Shown here piece after piece: positions 31,195 to 41,756 of a DNA stretch of 64,000 bases. Each line of letters begins with the position of its first letter. The first letter of the stretch is position 1. The notes beneath the pieces are model-generated. The model was not told the DNA's origin, searched no databases, and was given only the letters and a program-made list of their open reading frames with translations. The stretch lies in IMG/VR virus record IMGVR_UViG_3300046007_013272; one strand, 5' to 3'. The position numbers and the translations under genes were made by a program. This DNA is from an uncultured virus (IMG/VR IMGVR_UViG_3300046007_013272). Its lineage: Duplodnaviria; Heunggongvirae; Uroviricota; Caudoviricetes.

Positions 31195-31228
31195 AAAGAG
31201 AGCTTGGCTTCGGTCAAGCTCTTTTTTA
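31195..31228 (+). terminator. Intrinsic terminator
   Basis: GAGAGCTTGGC-TTCG-GTCAAGCTCTT hairpin followed by T run. Confidence 0.85.
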
Positions 31229-31266
31229 TTTTAATATGTATACTCGCAAATTGTTATTAAAATTAT

Positions 31267-31989
31267 ATGAATACAAGTTTTCCAACAGAGGTTATTGAAT
31301 TACCTTCAAAAGGCTTACTATATCCTGAAGAAAGTCCTCTATCATCCGGTAAAATTGAAATGAAATATATGACTGCTAAGGAAGAAGATATCCTTACCAA
31401 CCAGTCTTATATTCAAAATGGTACTGTTTTAGACAAGCTTTTAAAAGCATTAATTGTCACTAAAATGAATTATGACGATCTTGTCATTGGTGATAAAAAT
31501 GCACTAATGGTAGCTTCTAGAATTTTAGGTTATGGTGCTGATTACACGTTTAAGTATGCTAATAAAGAATATACTATTGATTTATCACAGGTAGAAAATA
31601 AGCCTTTTGATGAATCATTAATTGTTCAATACAAAAACGAATTTCAATTTACCCTACCAGCTTCTAATACTGCTATTACTTTTAAAATTTTAACCCATTC
31701 AGATGAGTTAAAAATTAATCAGGAATTAGAAGGTCTTAAAAAATTAGGTAGAGAATTATCACCAGAATTATCAACACGTTTAAAGTATATTATTACTTCT
31801 GTAAATGGTAGTAGTGATACTAAAACTATACGTGATTTTGTTGATACTAATTTATTAGCTAGAGATTCAAGAGCATTAAGAGAGTATATTTCACGAGTTC
31901 AACCCGATGTTGATTTGAAATTTACTACGGACAGCGGACAGGAGGCCGCTATTCCAATTACTCTTAGCTTTTTTTGGCCTGACCTCTGA
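31267..31989 (+). CDS. Baseplate hub/tail assembly chaperone (T4 gp26-like)
   Basis: IELPSKG..Y, MTAKEEDIL and LP.S...ITFK motifs; lies between tube and tape measure. Confidence 0.7.
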   Translation: MNTSFPTEVIELPSKGLLYPEESPLSSGKIEMKYMTAKEEDILTNQSYIQNGTVLDKLLKALIVTKMNYDDLVIGDKNALMVASRILGYGADYTFKYANKEYTIDLSQVENKPFDESLIVQYKNEFQFTLPASNTAITFKILTHSDELKINQELEGLKKLGRELSPELSTRLKYIITSVNGSSDTKTIRDFVDTNLLARDSRALREYISRVQPDVDLKFTTDSGQEAAIPITLSFFWPDL

Positions 31990-32269
31990 AACAGCACCCA
32001 AAATAAGATTTAATTTATTTACTCAAATTCATGAAATTGTTTTTCATGGAAATGGGGGGTATTCTTGGGAAACTATCTACAACATGCCTACATGGCTAAG
32101 GAAATTTACTTTTAATAAAATACAGGATTATTATACTAAACAAAAAGAAGAAATTGATAAATCTAAAACCGGTAGTAATACTACTAATATTATGGATTCT
32201 TCAGGAAATGTTAATACTCCTCAATTTATGAAATCAATGCCTCAAAAATCTAAATCAAGTTTTAAATAG
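31970..32269 (+). CDS. Second chaperone segment, probably reached by frameshift from the upstream gene
   Basis: +1 frame is open from 31919 to 32269 and looks coding (QIHEIVFHGNGGYSWETIYNMPTWLR) well before the first ATG at 32084; T7 run at 31969-31975. Confidence 0.6.
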   Translation, partial: FFGLTSETAPKIRFNLFTQIHEIVFHGNGGYSWETIYNMPTWLRKFTFNKIQDYYTKQKEEIDKSKTGSNTTNIMDSSGNVNTPQFMKSMPQKSKSSFK

Positions 32270-32294
32270 TGCAATATTTATCATAAAATGTTGA

Positions 32295-34364
32295 ATGGCA
32301 GAAGGAGATCCTCAACAGCAGTTTAACGACGCTAATAACGCACAGCAGCAGTTCACAGATAGGTTTAGTGAAAACATAACCTTTCTGAGAGATGCCTTTA
32401 CTTCGTTAGGATTCACCATCCAAGACGCTATTCAAGAAGCTATTGATAAAACTGACAATTTAGGCTCAGTAGGACAACGTGTAGCTAAATCATACGAAAG
32501 AGATATTGTTAATGGTCTTAAAAAGATTAATGGCTCTTTAGATTCTCAAATAGCTTTACAGCAAAAAATTATTTCAGGTCAAGCTAAACAAGCTGATTTT
32601 GACAAAGAAAAAATTAGAGTACAAGCAACAATTGCTGCTGTTCAAAGTAGAATTCAGGCATTAGAATTACAAGGTGTAGAAATAAATGCTGAATTAGTTA
32701 CAGAACTAAAAGAACAACAAGCATTAGCTGAATTACAACTTGAAGATTTAGAAAAGCAAAATACTGAAAGAATAAAAGGTATGTCTCTTCTTGAAAAAGG
32801 AAGAGGTTTATTACAACAGCAAGCTAATACTATTGATAAAACTGGTACTCTTGCTAAGGTTTTAAATGGTAATTTTAAAGATGTATTTTCAACTGCTAAC
32901 TTAATAGAGGGTGCAATTGGATTTATTATTAAAGGAATGTTTGATGCTTCGGCACAAATGGCTTCATTTAGAAAAGAAGCAGGCTTAAGCTACTCAGAAT
33001 CCTTAGCACTTTCAGCTGAATTAAAAGTTGTTGCTGCATCTACTGGTGATGCTTTTATTAATTCTGCTAAACTTTCAAAATCTTTTGTTGATTTATCAAA
33101 AGAATTAGGTTCAATTGTTAATACAAGTGGTCAAACACTTGAAACCTTTACTAATTTAACTCAAAGATTAGGTTTAGGTAATAAAGAAGCAGCTCAATTA
33201 ACATTATTAGCACGCAGTCAAGGTGAAAACACTGAAGATGTTTTAGATAATGTTAGTAAGACAGTTGATGGTTTAAACGCTCAAAAAGGTACAGGAATAC
33301 TTTTAAAACAAGTATTTAATGATATTGCATCTGCTTCTAAATCTATTGTAGTAAGTTTAGGAATGAATCCCAGCCTTATTGCTGAAGCCGCAACTGAAGC
33401 AAGACAATTAGGTTTAAGTTTAGGTGAAGTTGATAAAATAGCAGGTTCACTTCTAAATTTTGAAGATTCAATTACCAAAGAATTAAAAGCTGAACTTTTA
33501 ATAGGTCAAGAAATCAATCTTGAACAAGCCAGACAAGCAGCTTTAATGAATGATATGGTTGGTTTAACCCAAGAAATTGGTAAAAATCAACAAATTATAG
33601 ATACATTTGCTACAGGTAACCGATTCCAACAACAAGCTGTTGCTGAAGCTTTGGGTATGTCTCGAGAAGAGATGGCTCAAATGGTTTATCAACAACAAGT
33701 TATGACAATTGGAGCTGAAGCTGTAAGAGAAAAATTTGGTGAACAAGCATATGAGCAATTAAAAGCACAATCAGCAGCAGAAAACTTCCAAAATACCTTA
33801 ACTAAAATCCAGGGTGTAGTTGGAGATATTGGTTTAGCATTTGCTCCCATTCTTGATATAGTATCATTTTTAGTTTCAAAAATGGCTGCTTTATCTCCAA
33901 TTATTGTAGGTGTTGCTGCAGCAATGGCACCTTTAGCTATCAAATCTGTAGTTACTGCAATTGCTGGTATCTATACCTCATTATCTCAAATTCCATTTGG
34001 TATTGGTTTAGCTGCTGCTACAGGTGTAGCAGGAGGTCTTTTATCATTAATCTCAAGTGCTAACTCACAAGTAGCAGATGATATGGTACAGCCTGGATAT
34101 GGTAAAAGAACAATCCTATCCCCAGAAGGCTCAATTCAATTAAACGATAACGATACTATTATAGCAGGTACTAATTTAGAAGGAAAAAGAAAATCACAAG
34201 CTGCAGTTTCAAGTGCAGTTTCAATGGATATGGGACCTTTAGTACAAGAAATGGCTGCTGTAAAAAATCTACTAGGACAACTACTTGCTAAAGATACGAA
34301 TGTTTATATGGATTCAACTAAAGTTGGAGAAGCATTAAGAGTATCAGCAGTAAAAATTAATTAA
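32295..34364 (+). CDS. Tape measure protein
   Basis: 689 aa, Ala/Gln/Leu-rich and helical, with a hydrophobic C-terminal stretch; canonical position. Confidence 0.75.
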   Translation: MAEGDPQQQFNDANNAQQQFTDRFSENITFLRDAFTSLGFTIQDAIQEAIDKTDNLGSVGQRVAKSYERDIVNGLKKINGSLDSQIALQQKIISGQAKQADFDKEKIRVQATIAAVQSRIQALELQGVEINAELVTELKEQQALAELQLEDLEKQNTERIKGMSLLEKGRGLLQQQANTIDKTGTLAKVLNGNFKDVFSTANLIEGAIGFIIKGMFDASAQMASFRKEAGLSYSESLALSAELKVVAASTGDAFINSAKLSKSFVDLSKELGSIVNTSGQTLETFTNLTQRLGLGNKEAAQLTLLARSQGENTEDVLDNVSKTVDGLNAQKGTGILLKQVFNDIASASKSIVVSLGMNPSLIAEAATEARQLGLSLGEVDKIAGSLLNFEDSITKELKAELLIGQEINLEQARQAALMNDMVGLTQEIGKNQQIIDTFATGNRFQQQAVAEALGMSREEMAQMVYQQQVMTIGAEAVREKFGEQAYEQLKAQSAAENFQNTLTKIQGVVGDIGLAFAPILDIVSFLVSKMAALSPIIVGVAAAMAPLAIKSVVTAIAGIYTSLSQIPFGIGLAAATGVAGGLLSLISSANSQVADDMVQPGYGKRTILSPEGSIQLNDNDTIIAGTNLEGKRKSQAAVSSAVSMDMGPLVQEMAAVKNLLGQLLAKDTNVYMDSTKVGEALRVSAVKIN

Positions 34365-34387
34365 TCCAATATTTATAATAAAAAACT

Positions 34388-34594
34388 ATGGGACTACTAA
34401 AACTTTTACCTTCATCTCCTTTAGGTTTGAAAGGATTAACCCCACCAACTATTGGTAGTGCAAATCCTCAATCTAAATTACACTATGAGTATTCAATCAA
34501 CAATACTCCCCCATTCCCAGGATTTCCTAATCCATCACAATTGGATTTAAATGGAATAACCCCACCTAAGTATTTAGACAATCCTCCAGGATAA
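34388..34594 (+). CDS. Small Pro-rich hypothetical protein, probably virion
   Basis: TATTTATA upstream; 68 aa ending KYLDNPPG. Confidence 0.55.
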   Translation: MGLLKLLPSSPLGLKGLTPPTIGSANPQSKLHYEYSINNTPPFPGFPNPSQLDLNGITPPKYLDNPPG

Positions 34595-34597
34595 TAT

Positions 34598-36616
34598 ATG
34601 CCATTAATTAACCTTACAACGAACCTAAAAGATATTAGGTACGGGAAAGATACTCCCGGTGGTGGTTATAGCGGGCAACCCTACATACAGAAAGAAATTC
34701 CTGTAGGGTTAGCACCTAAATCACCGGATTTCTTATTGCGTAATGGTTACTTAGCACCTCAAAATTCTTTAACAGATATAAAGAGGTTAACAAAAATGTT
34801 TTTCGATTTAAAATCACCTAATGGTCTTTTATTTATCGCTAAACAAAATTTATTATCTAACTCTAACGTTAGAACTCAAGCAGGTGGTATCTTAAATCAG
34901 GGAGTTTATACTCCTTTATCTACTTTAGCTCAAGCAGGTATTGTTGCGTTTGGGGGTCATTTAAATAAACAAGGTATTGATCCAACTGGTTTATCACCTT
35001 TATCTCTTAGAACTTATTTAGATGTTGTAAATCCTAAAGCTGGAGCTGCTCTTAGTTTAAAAACTACTAATAATAACAGATTAATTAACCTTTTTCAGGT
35101 TAAAATGGAAAATTTACCTTTTGCAGGTAAATCTTCCTTAGTTCCTAATAACATTGCTGATTTACCTTCTAATATTCTATCATATAGAGGAGGTCCTGGT
35201 GCTCCTTTAGGAGTAGGTACAACTAATATTAAATTTGGTGATCAAAGAACAGGTATAAATAACCCATTAGCTCGATCTATTGGGGCTGATAAAGCATACT
35301 TTTATGGGAGTTATGCTAAGGGTGGAATTTTAACTTTAGGTAAAACAGGACCTGTTAAATTACACGATGACGAACCTATTAGGTATAATAAACAAGGAGC
35401 AAGTTTAGAATATCAACAAAATGTTAATAAAGCAATAGCTCGTATTAATGCTGCTAATACTGCTACAGCTTTAGCCTCTGGAGGATTACCCGCAGCTTTT
35501 ATCTCTGCAATTAGATTAAATGATACTCTTTTTGGAGCAGGTGGTACTTTAACAAGTGAAAGAAATGTTTACAAACAAGGAGGAACATTTCCAGCAACTA
35601 ATACTAATATTATTCAACAAAACGGAACAACTACTTTTAACCAATTCCAGATATTAAACGCTGAACCTATTGGTAATAAAAGTGGTCAATTTCCAAAAGA
35701 TTTTAGAAAAACAATTATTGAAACTCCTGAAGGTAAAAAACTTTTAGGTAAAGATAATAATAACCTCGCTGAAGCTCCAGATTATATAACAGGAGCTATT
35801 GAAACCAGAGTACATTTAGGAAATCCTGGTACTCCTAAAAATAAAGCAAATTATAACGATTCACCTAATCCTTTAGATAAGATTACAGCTTTGCCACTTT
35901 ATAAAGCTAGCTCAGTAGCAACTAATAACATGCCAGATTTTCCTGTCAATGATTTAGTTAAATTTAGAATAGCTGTAATTGATAACAATAACCCTCAGAA
36001 CAAAACTTTTATTCACTTTAGAGCATTCTTAGATAGTATTTCAGATAACTATGCAAGTGAATGGAATTCATTTAAATACACAGGTCGTGGTGAAAACTTC
36101 TACACCTATCAGGGTTTTACACGTGATATATCATTAGGTTGGTCAGTAGCCGCACAATCACGTGCTGAACTGATTCCAATGTATAAAAAACTAAATTACC
36201 TAGCATCAGTTTGCTCTCCAGATTACTCAAATTCAGGATATATGAGAGGTAACCTTGTCCAATTAACGATTGGTGGTTATCTTTATGAGACAGTGGGAAT
36301 AATAAGAGGATTTACATACGAAATGCCCCAAGATGCAACTTGGGAAATAGGCATTAATACTTTAGGTACAGGTTTGGATGAAGATAGGATTCAAGCAGCT
36401 GAAGGTGTTAAAGAATTATCACAATTAATCAGAGTAACTGGATTTAGATTTACTCCAATTCAAAGCTTCTTACCAAGAACTCAAATTCTTAATTTTGGTA
36501 ATTTAGCTACAGAACAAGATGCTACATTAGCACCTACAAAAGTAGAAGGTTATGGTTTACAAAGATATATTAGTTTATCAAACGGATTTAATAATAATTA
36601 CACTACCGCACCCTAA
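34598..36616 (+). CDS. Putative baseplate/tube-initiator protein
   Basis: C-terminal FRAF...ISDNY...W....Y.GR.E.FYTY.GF.R domain; position after the tape measure. Confidence 0.5.
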   Translation: MPLINLTTNLKDIRYGKDTPGGGYSGQPYIQKEIPVGLAPKSPDFLLRNGYLAPQNSLTDIKRLTKMFFDLKSPNGLLFIAKQNLLSNSNVRTQAGGILNQGVYTPLSTLAQAGIVAFGGHLNKQGIDPTGLSPLSLRTYLDVVNPKAGAALSLKTTNNNRLINLFQVKMENLPFAGKSSLVPNNIADLPSNILSYRGGPGAPLGVGTTNIKFGDQRTGINNPLARSIGADKAYFYGSYAKGGILTLGKTGPVKLHDDEPIRYNKQGASLEYQQNVNKAIARINAANTATALASGGLPAAFISAIRLNDTLFGAGGTLTSERNVYKQGGTFPATNTNIIQQNGTTTFNQFQILNAEPIGNKSGQFPKDFRKTIIETPEGKKLLGKDNNNLAEAPDYITGAIETRVHLGNPGTPKNKANYNDSPNPLDKITALPLYKASSVATNNMPDFPVNDLVKFRIAVIDNNNPQNKTFIHFRAFLDSISDNYASEWNSFKYTGRGENFYTYQGFTRDISLGWSVAAQSRAELIPMYKKLNYLASVCSPDYSNSGYMRGNLVQLTIGGYLYETVGIIRGFTYEMPQDATWEIGINTLGTGLDEDRIQAAEGVKELSQLIRVTGFRFTPIQSFLPRTQILNFGNLATEQDATLAPTKVEGYGLQRYISLSNGFNNNYTTAP

Positions 36617-36921
36617 TGAACAGATATAGAAATATACCCATTCTAAAGGACAATACAGGTAGCAGATATTATAAAACTACTTTGTATCCTGAAATTCCCT
36701 TACAACAAACAGATGTGTATGTTTATACAACTCAAGGGGATCGATTTGATACTTTAGCATCACAATATTATGGAGATTCTTCACTTTGGTGGATTATCTC
36801 AGCTGCAAATGCTGAGTTACCTAAAAATTCATTGTTTCCACCTGAAGGAATTCAAATTAGAATTCCAAGTAATCCTAGTGCTATTATTTCTGCGTTTGAA
36901 ACCTTAAATGAGATCCAATGA
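36616..36921 (+). CDS. LysM-like baseplate protein (gp53/gpX-like)
   Basis: GDRFDTLASQYYGDSSLWWII..AN...G.QIRIP. Confidence 0.8.
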   Translation: MNRYRNIPILKDNTGSRYYKTTLYPEIPLQQTDVYVYTTQGDRFDTLASQYYGDSSLWWIISAANAELPKNSLFPPEGIQIRIPSNPSAIISAFETLNEIQ

Positions 36922-39830
36922 ACCTTATAGGAGAAAGTTTTGATGAGTTTGTTAACGATCAAATTAAAAAAAGACAGCAAAAATTAGGTTTAGCTGGTAG
37001 AAGTAACGAAAATCTTGTTTGGCAAAATGCTAAAACAGGATTTATTAAAGTTACTAGTATGGTAAATGTTATCGATACTCAAACTACAAACCTAAAAAGA
37101 TACAGCTGGTTACAAGATGCAAATCTAAAAGGCTCAGACTTAGCTAAAGCTTTTGTATTAGATACCGGATTAACAGATACTAGGACTACTCCTAATCAAA
37201 TATTTTCTGGAGTTACAAATAATACTTCTTTAATTAATAATTTTGCTTATGGTCTAGGTGGTACCGAATTTGGTATTAACCCAATTCCAGGTGTTTCTTC
37301 ATTAATTGTTAAACACAAAAATGATGGTTCATTAAGAGAAGCACAAATACAATTAAAAGCTTATAATAAAGTACAATTTGAAATTTTAGATTTACTTTAT
37401 TTACGTTTAGGATATTCTGTTGTTGTTGAATGGGGTAATACTTTATACTGGGAAAATGGTACAGATGAAGAAAATCCTAGTTTAAGTCAAATATCCAAAA
37501 CATTACAAAACTCTATTTTTCAAGAAGGTAAAAGTCATTTTGATGTTCATAATAAAATTTTAGAATTAAGAAAAATTAATAGTGCCAATTATGATGCTAT
37601 GATTGGTAGAGTAAGAAATTATAGTTGGGCTATTAATAAAGATGGACATTATGATATCACACTTGATTTAATTTCCTATGGCGATTTAATTGAAAGTTTA
37701 AAAGTTAACAATTTAAATACAACAACTCAAACAACAGGAACAGATGCTAATCAACCTGTAGACATCTTTCAGAGACATAAAGATAAACATGCTATAGGTA
37801 AACATTTATTTTTAATTAAGCAAAATAATACTAATATCTCTGAAAATACTGAACAAAATCAGTGGAGAATTTATTTAACTAATCCTAATTTAAATTTAAA
37901 ATTCACCCCTACACCTAATGTAGCACATTGTTATGCAGCTAAATTCTCAGATGACCAAGATAATTTTCAATTTTATTATAGATTAGGAAGTTTTTTAAAA
38001 TTTTTGCAATGGAATTCTCAAATATTTAATAATAATAAGGGAAATTATAAATTTGTTAGTGAAACAGAATATCCTCCTTATATTGATTTTGATTTTGATA
38101 CTCAAACTAATTTTCTTTATTTAGATAGACTTCAATTCGCGGCTGATCCAAGAATCTGTATAATGAAAAAAATAGATTCTACATTTAATCCTAATGTACC
38201 TATAGAATTATATTCATCTGCTGAAGTAGGGTTTAATAGAGAAGTTTTAAGTTATCCTATTGGATTATTAATGAATGTTTATATTAATTTTGAATTTATA
38301 TTAAGTAAATTAGATGAATTAATAGATAATAATAACAAAGTAAATTATTTTGATTTTTTAAAAGCTATTTGTGATGGCATTAATGAATCTTTTGGTTACA
38401 TAAATAAACTAGAACCATACATTGATGCTGATACTAACACTATTAAAATAATTGAGCGTAGAACATTCCCAGATCAAAATAAATTAATTCAAAATACTAC
38501 TAAGAAAAAAGTAGAAAATACTCCTATTAGACTTTTAGGGGTTAAAAGCAATTTTGGTTTAGAAGAAGGTAGTTTTGTTAGAGATTTCTCTTTTCAAACT
38601 CAACTAGATAATGATTTACAGTCAACTGTAGCAATTGGGGCTCAAGCTAATGGCGCTAGTATCTCTGAGGATGCTACGGCATTTAGTAAATTAAATGAAG
38701 GTTTAATTGATAGAGTATTTCCTGAAAAACTTACTAGTAGCACTAACACCCAAAAATCAGGACCAAGTACTGAACCTTCACCTGTTGTAGGTATATCATC
38801 TGTTCAAGCCTTGAGTGAATTTGAAAAAGAAAAAAATAATGCTTTAAATAACCCTGAAGCTAATGAATTATTGGCTAATTATGAAGAAGCAGCTTTAGCT
38901 TATGATAAAAACATTATAGAAACTTATAATACTTACAAATGGAATCCAGATGTATATGAAACTCAAAAGAACTTAATTAAAAATTTAGTTCAGTATAATA
39001 ATGCTATTGAAGCGCTTCAAAATAATGCTATAAGTACTACTTTACCTGCTATTCCTATCAATTTAAATTTAACCCTTGATGGAATTTCAGGTATGAAAAT
39101 TCTTCAACAATTTGAAGTACAATCTGATTTCTTACCTGCAGGATATGCTGATAATTTAAGTTATATTTTAAAAAATATTGTACATAAAGTTAATAATAAT
39201 ACTTGGACTACTGAATTAGAAACTCTATTTGTACCCAAATCACCAAACAGACCCACAGAAAATCAATTATACACTACTTCAGGTAATGCAACTGAATTAC
39301 CTAAGGTACAAGCTGCCCCATTTACTTATCAAGAAGTAAATAATAATGAACAAAATGTTCAAGATATATCTTTTAGTAATAATGCTATTAATCTAATTAA
39401 ACAATTTGAAGGATTTAGATCAAAAGCTTATAAAGATTCTGTTGGAGTTTGGACTATTGGTTATGGTACAACAAGAAGAGCAGGTAGAGCTATAACTTCT
39501 ACAGATGTTGTTACTGAAAGTGAAGCAGTTAATTTATTAAGAGTAGACCTTCAAAGATTTCAATTTACAGTAAAAAATAATTTTTTACCTAAAAATACAG
39601 GTGGTAAACAGATTACCTTTACTCAAAATGAATGGGATGCTCTTTTATCATTTACTTATAATTTAGGAGCAGGATGGTCTAAAAATTCAGGATTAAAAAA
39701 TCTAATTGTAGCTGGTAATAAACCAGCCGCAGCTAATAAAATTTTAGAATATAGTAAAGCAGGAGGAAAAGTACTTCCGGGTCTTTTAAGAAGAAGAACT
39801 ACTGAAAGAGCATTATTTGTTAGAAAATGA
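36918..39830 (+). CDS. Baseplate hub protein with C-terminal GH24 (T4-type) lysozyme
   Basis: C-terminal LIKQFEG....AYKDSVGVWTIGYG, DALLSF.YNLG and GL.RRR..E..LF. Confidence 0.8.
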   Translation: MNLIGESFDEFVNDQIKKRQQKLGLAGRSNENLVWQNAKTGFIKVTSMVNVIDTQTTNLKRYSWLQDANLKGSDLAKAFVLDTGLTDTRTTPNQIFSGVTNNTSLINNFAYGLGGTEFGINPIPGVSSLIVKHKNDGSLREAQIQLKAYNKVQFEILDLLYLRLGYSVVVEWGNTLYWENGTDEENPSLSQISKTLQNSIFQEGKSHFDVHNKILELRKINSANYDAMIGRVRNYSWAINKDGHYDITLDLISYGDLIESLKVNNLNTTTQTTGTDANQPVDIFQRHKDKHAIGKHLFLIKQNNTNISENTEQNQWRIYLTNPNLNLKFTPTPNVAHCYAAKFSDDQDNFQFYYRLGSFLKFLQWNSQIFNNNKGNYKFVSETEYPPYIDFDFDTQTNFLYLDRLQFAADPRICIMKKIDSTFNPNVPIELYSSAEVGFNREVLSYPIGLLMNVYINFEFILSKLDELIDNNNKVNYFDFLKAICDGINESFGYINKLEPYIDADTNTIKIIERRTFPDQNKLIQNTTKKKVENTPIRLLGVKSNFGLEEGSFVRDFSFQTQLDNDLQSTVAIGAQANGASISEDATAFSKLNEGLIDRVFPEKLTSSTNTQKSGPSTEPSPVVGISSVQALSEFEKEKNNALNNPEANELLANYEEAALAYDKNIIETYNTYKWNPDVYETQKNLIKNLVQYNNAIEALQNNAISTTLPAIPINLNLTLDGISGMKILQQFEVQSDFLPAGYADNLSYILKNIVHKVNNNTWTTELETLFVPKSPNRPTENQLYTTSGNATELPKVQAAPFTYQEVNNNEQNVQDISFSNNAINLIKQFEGFRSKAYKDSVGVWTIGYGTTRRAGRAITSTDVVTESEAVNLLRVDLQRFQFTVKNNFLPKNTGGKQITFTQNEWDALLSFTYNLGAGWSKNSGLKNLIVAGNKPAAANKILEYSKAGGKVLPGLLRRRTTERALFVRK

Positions 39831-40447
39831 TCTATTATCCTAAAACCCAAATTCGCACTAACCTCTTTACAAATGGGGGTGAATTTATTAATTCTATAAC
39901 AAAAGAATTATATGTGGGTAATTACTATGAAACTTCTTTAGATCAAAAATTTACAGGTAAAAACCCACAAGACCCAAATTCAGTTCCATTAATTCCAATT
40001 AGTGAAACTGCATTAGATCCAACTCAAACAAATGCTGATAATGATTTAGTGATTGATGCTAGATTTACAGAACCAAACTACGCTTACTCAATAGTAACTA
40101 AACAAAATCCAAATACACCTCAACCTATTTATCCAAAATTTTATTTTGCAAAACCAACAGAACAAGATTATAAAAATACTCAATTTAACAGATATTTTTA
40201 TAAAACTTTAAGTGGTGAAAGATATGTTGAAATTAGTCAAGGAGATTATAATTCTTTAATTAATAAAGAAACTAAATTTTTATATCAATCGGTTTTAGCT
40301 ATTATTTTACCTTGGCAATTAGTCGGTGTAAAAGAAGAAGTTTATAAAACTAATGCTAGAACTACTGGTAATGTTGAAAAACAATATGGCGTAAAAGGTT
40401 TAGGTTTATATTTAAATTTTGATTATACTAAATTTTATAAAGGTTAA
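39827..40447 (+). CDS. Hypothetical protein at the end of the baseplate operon
   Basis: 206 aa ORF overlapping the previous stop. Confidence 0.6.
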   Translation: MIYYPKTQIRTNLFTNGGEFINSITKELYVGNYYETSLDQKFTGKNPQDPNSVPLIPISETALDPTQTNADNDLVIDARFTEPNYAYSIVTKQNPNTPQPIYPKFYFAKPTEQDYKNTQFNRYFYKTLSGERYVEISQGDYNSLINKETKFLYQSVLAIILPWQLVGVKEEVYKTNARTTGNVEKQYGVKGLGLYLNFDYTKFYKG

Positions 40448-40479
40448 TTTGGTTAATTAAAATTCTTGTCATATCTTTA
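40448..40479 (+). promoter_or_regulatory. Bacteroidota-type sigma70 promoter candidate
   Basis: TTTG-N20-TATCTTTA at the start of the replication block. Confidence 0.55.
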
Positions 40480-40502
40480 TATCTCTAAAGGTTATGATAT
40501 AG

Positions 40503-41756
40503 ATGTTTTGGTTAGTTGAATCTCAAGAACAATTTAAGGAATTTAAAAAGAATCTCGGCAAAGAGGCTTTTATTGAGATCATACCCTATAATCCTTTTAT
40601 ACACCCGGCGCAAAATTCAATTTGCGCCCTTTATATTCGTCCTTTAAACGATTATAAGGGTTATTTACTTCCAATTTATCACACTGAATCTAGTGTGTTA
40701 TTTGAAGATGATGTATTTTTACTAATTAAGAGTTTAGAAAAAATATATGTTAAAGATAAAAAGGAATTTTTACACTATTTTCCTTTAAATCAAAGTTTTG
40801 ACATAACATTCCCTAATCAAATAGAGGTAAAGTACACAACAGCTCATGAGTTTATCTATGATAAACATAAACATAGAGCAGATGTAAATACAATTATACC
40901 TATTGTAAAACATTACGAATATTGCGAAGCACTATTTGAAGAATTAGAACATTTAATAGATAACCCAGTAAATGAATTTTATAATTTAAAAGCTAGTTGG
41001 GTGTTCTGTGGTATAGAAAAAAGCGGGTTACACGTTAATATAGATTTATATAATCAATATTTTCACAAAACAACGGAACCCTATGTTTTTACAAAGTATA
41101 ATTTTAAAACACTTACAACACGCCCGTCAAACACATTTAATGGAATAAATTATGCAGCACTTAACAAAGAAAATGGGTGTAGGGAAGCTTTTATCCCAAG
41201 GAATTCTTTATTTGTTGAGTTCGACATTAGCGCTTATCATCCTACTCTTTTGGCTCATGCAGTTAGGTATGATTTTAATAGTGAGGACATTTATAGTCAT
41301 CTTGCACAAGTTTATAGATGTGATAGGCAGGAAGCCAAAATATTAACTCTACAACAATTATACGGGGGGGTTCTACCTCAATATCAAAATCTTGAATTTT
41401 TTAAAAAGATAATAATATACATAGATAATTTATGGGATACATTTCAACATATGGGGTATGTTGAATGCCCTATTTCGGGTTTTAAATTTTATAAGGATAA
41501 ACTCGAAAATATGAATCCTCAAAAATTATTAAATTATGTAATTCAAAATCTAGAAACTTCCAATAATATTAATTTAATGTGGGAATTTTTTAGAATTTTA
41601 AAAGGAAAAAATACAAAGCTTGTCTTATACACTTATGATTCTTTTTTATTTGATTTTGATCCTAATGAAAAAGATGAATTAAGCGCAATCGGTAAGATAA
41701 TTATCAAACAAAACTTAAGTTATAAAATAAAAAATGGAACTAGCTACAATTTTTGA
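40503..41756 (+). CDS. Compact, divergent family-A DNA polymerase-like protein
   Basis: T.T.RPS, R.AFIP, motif A EFDISAYHP, motif B R..AK......LYG, NY.IQ and motif C YTYDS. Confidence 0.75.
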   Translation: MFWLVESQEQFKEFKKNLGKEAFIEIIPYNPFIHPAQNSICALYIRPLNDYKGYLLPIYHTESSVLFEDDVFLLIKSLEKIYVKDKKEFLHYFPLNQSFDITFPNQIEVKYTTAHEFIYDKHKHRADVNTIIPIVKHYEYCEALFEELEHLIDNPVNEFYNLKASWVFCGIEKSGLHVNIDLYNQYFHKTTEPYVFTKYNFKTLTTRPSNTFNGINYAALNKENGCREAFIPRNSLFVEFDISAYHPTLLAHAVRYDFNSEDIYSHLAQVYRCDRQEAKILTLQQLYGGVLPQYQNLEFFKKIIIYIDNLWDTFQHMGYVECPISGFKFYKDKLENMNPQKLLNYVIQNLETSNNINLMWEFFRILKGKNTKLVLYTYDSFLFDFDPNEKDELSAIGKIIIKQNLSYKIKNGTSYNF

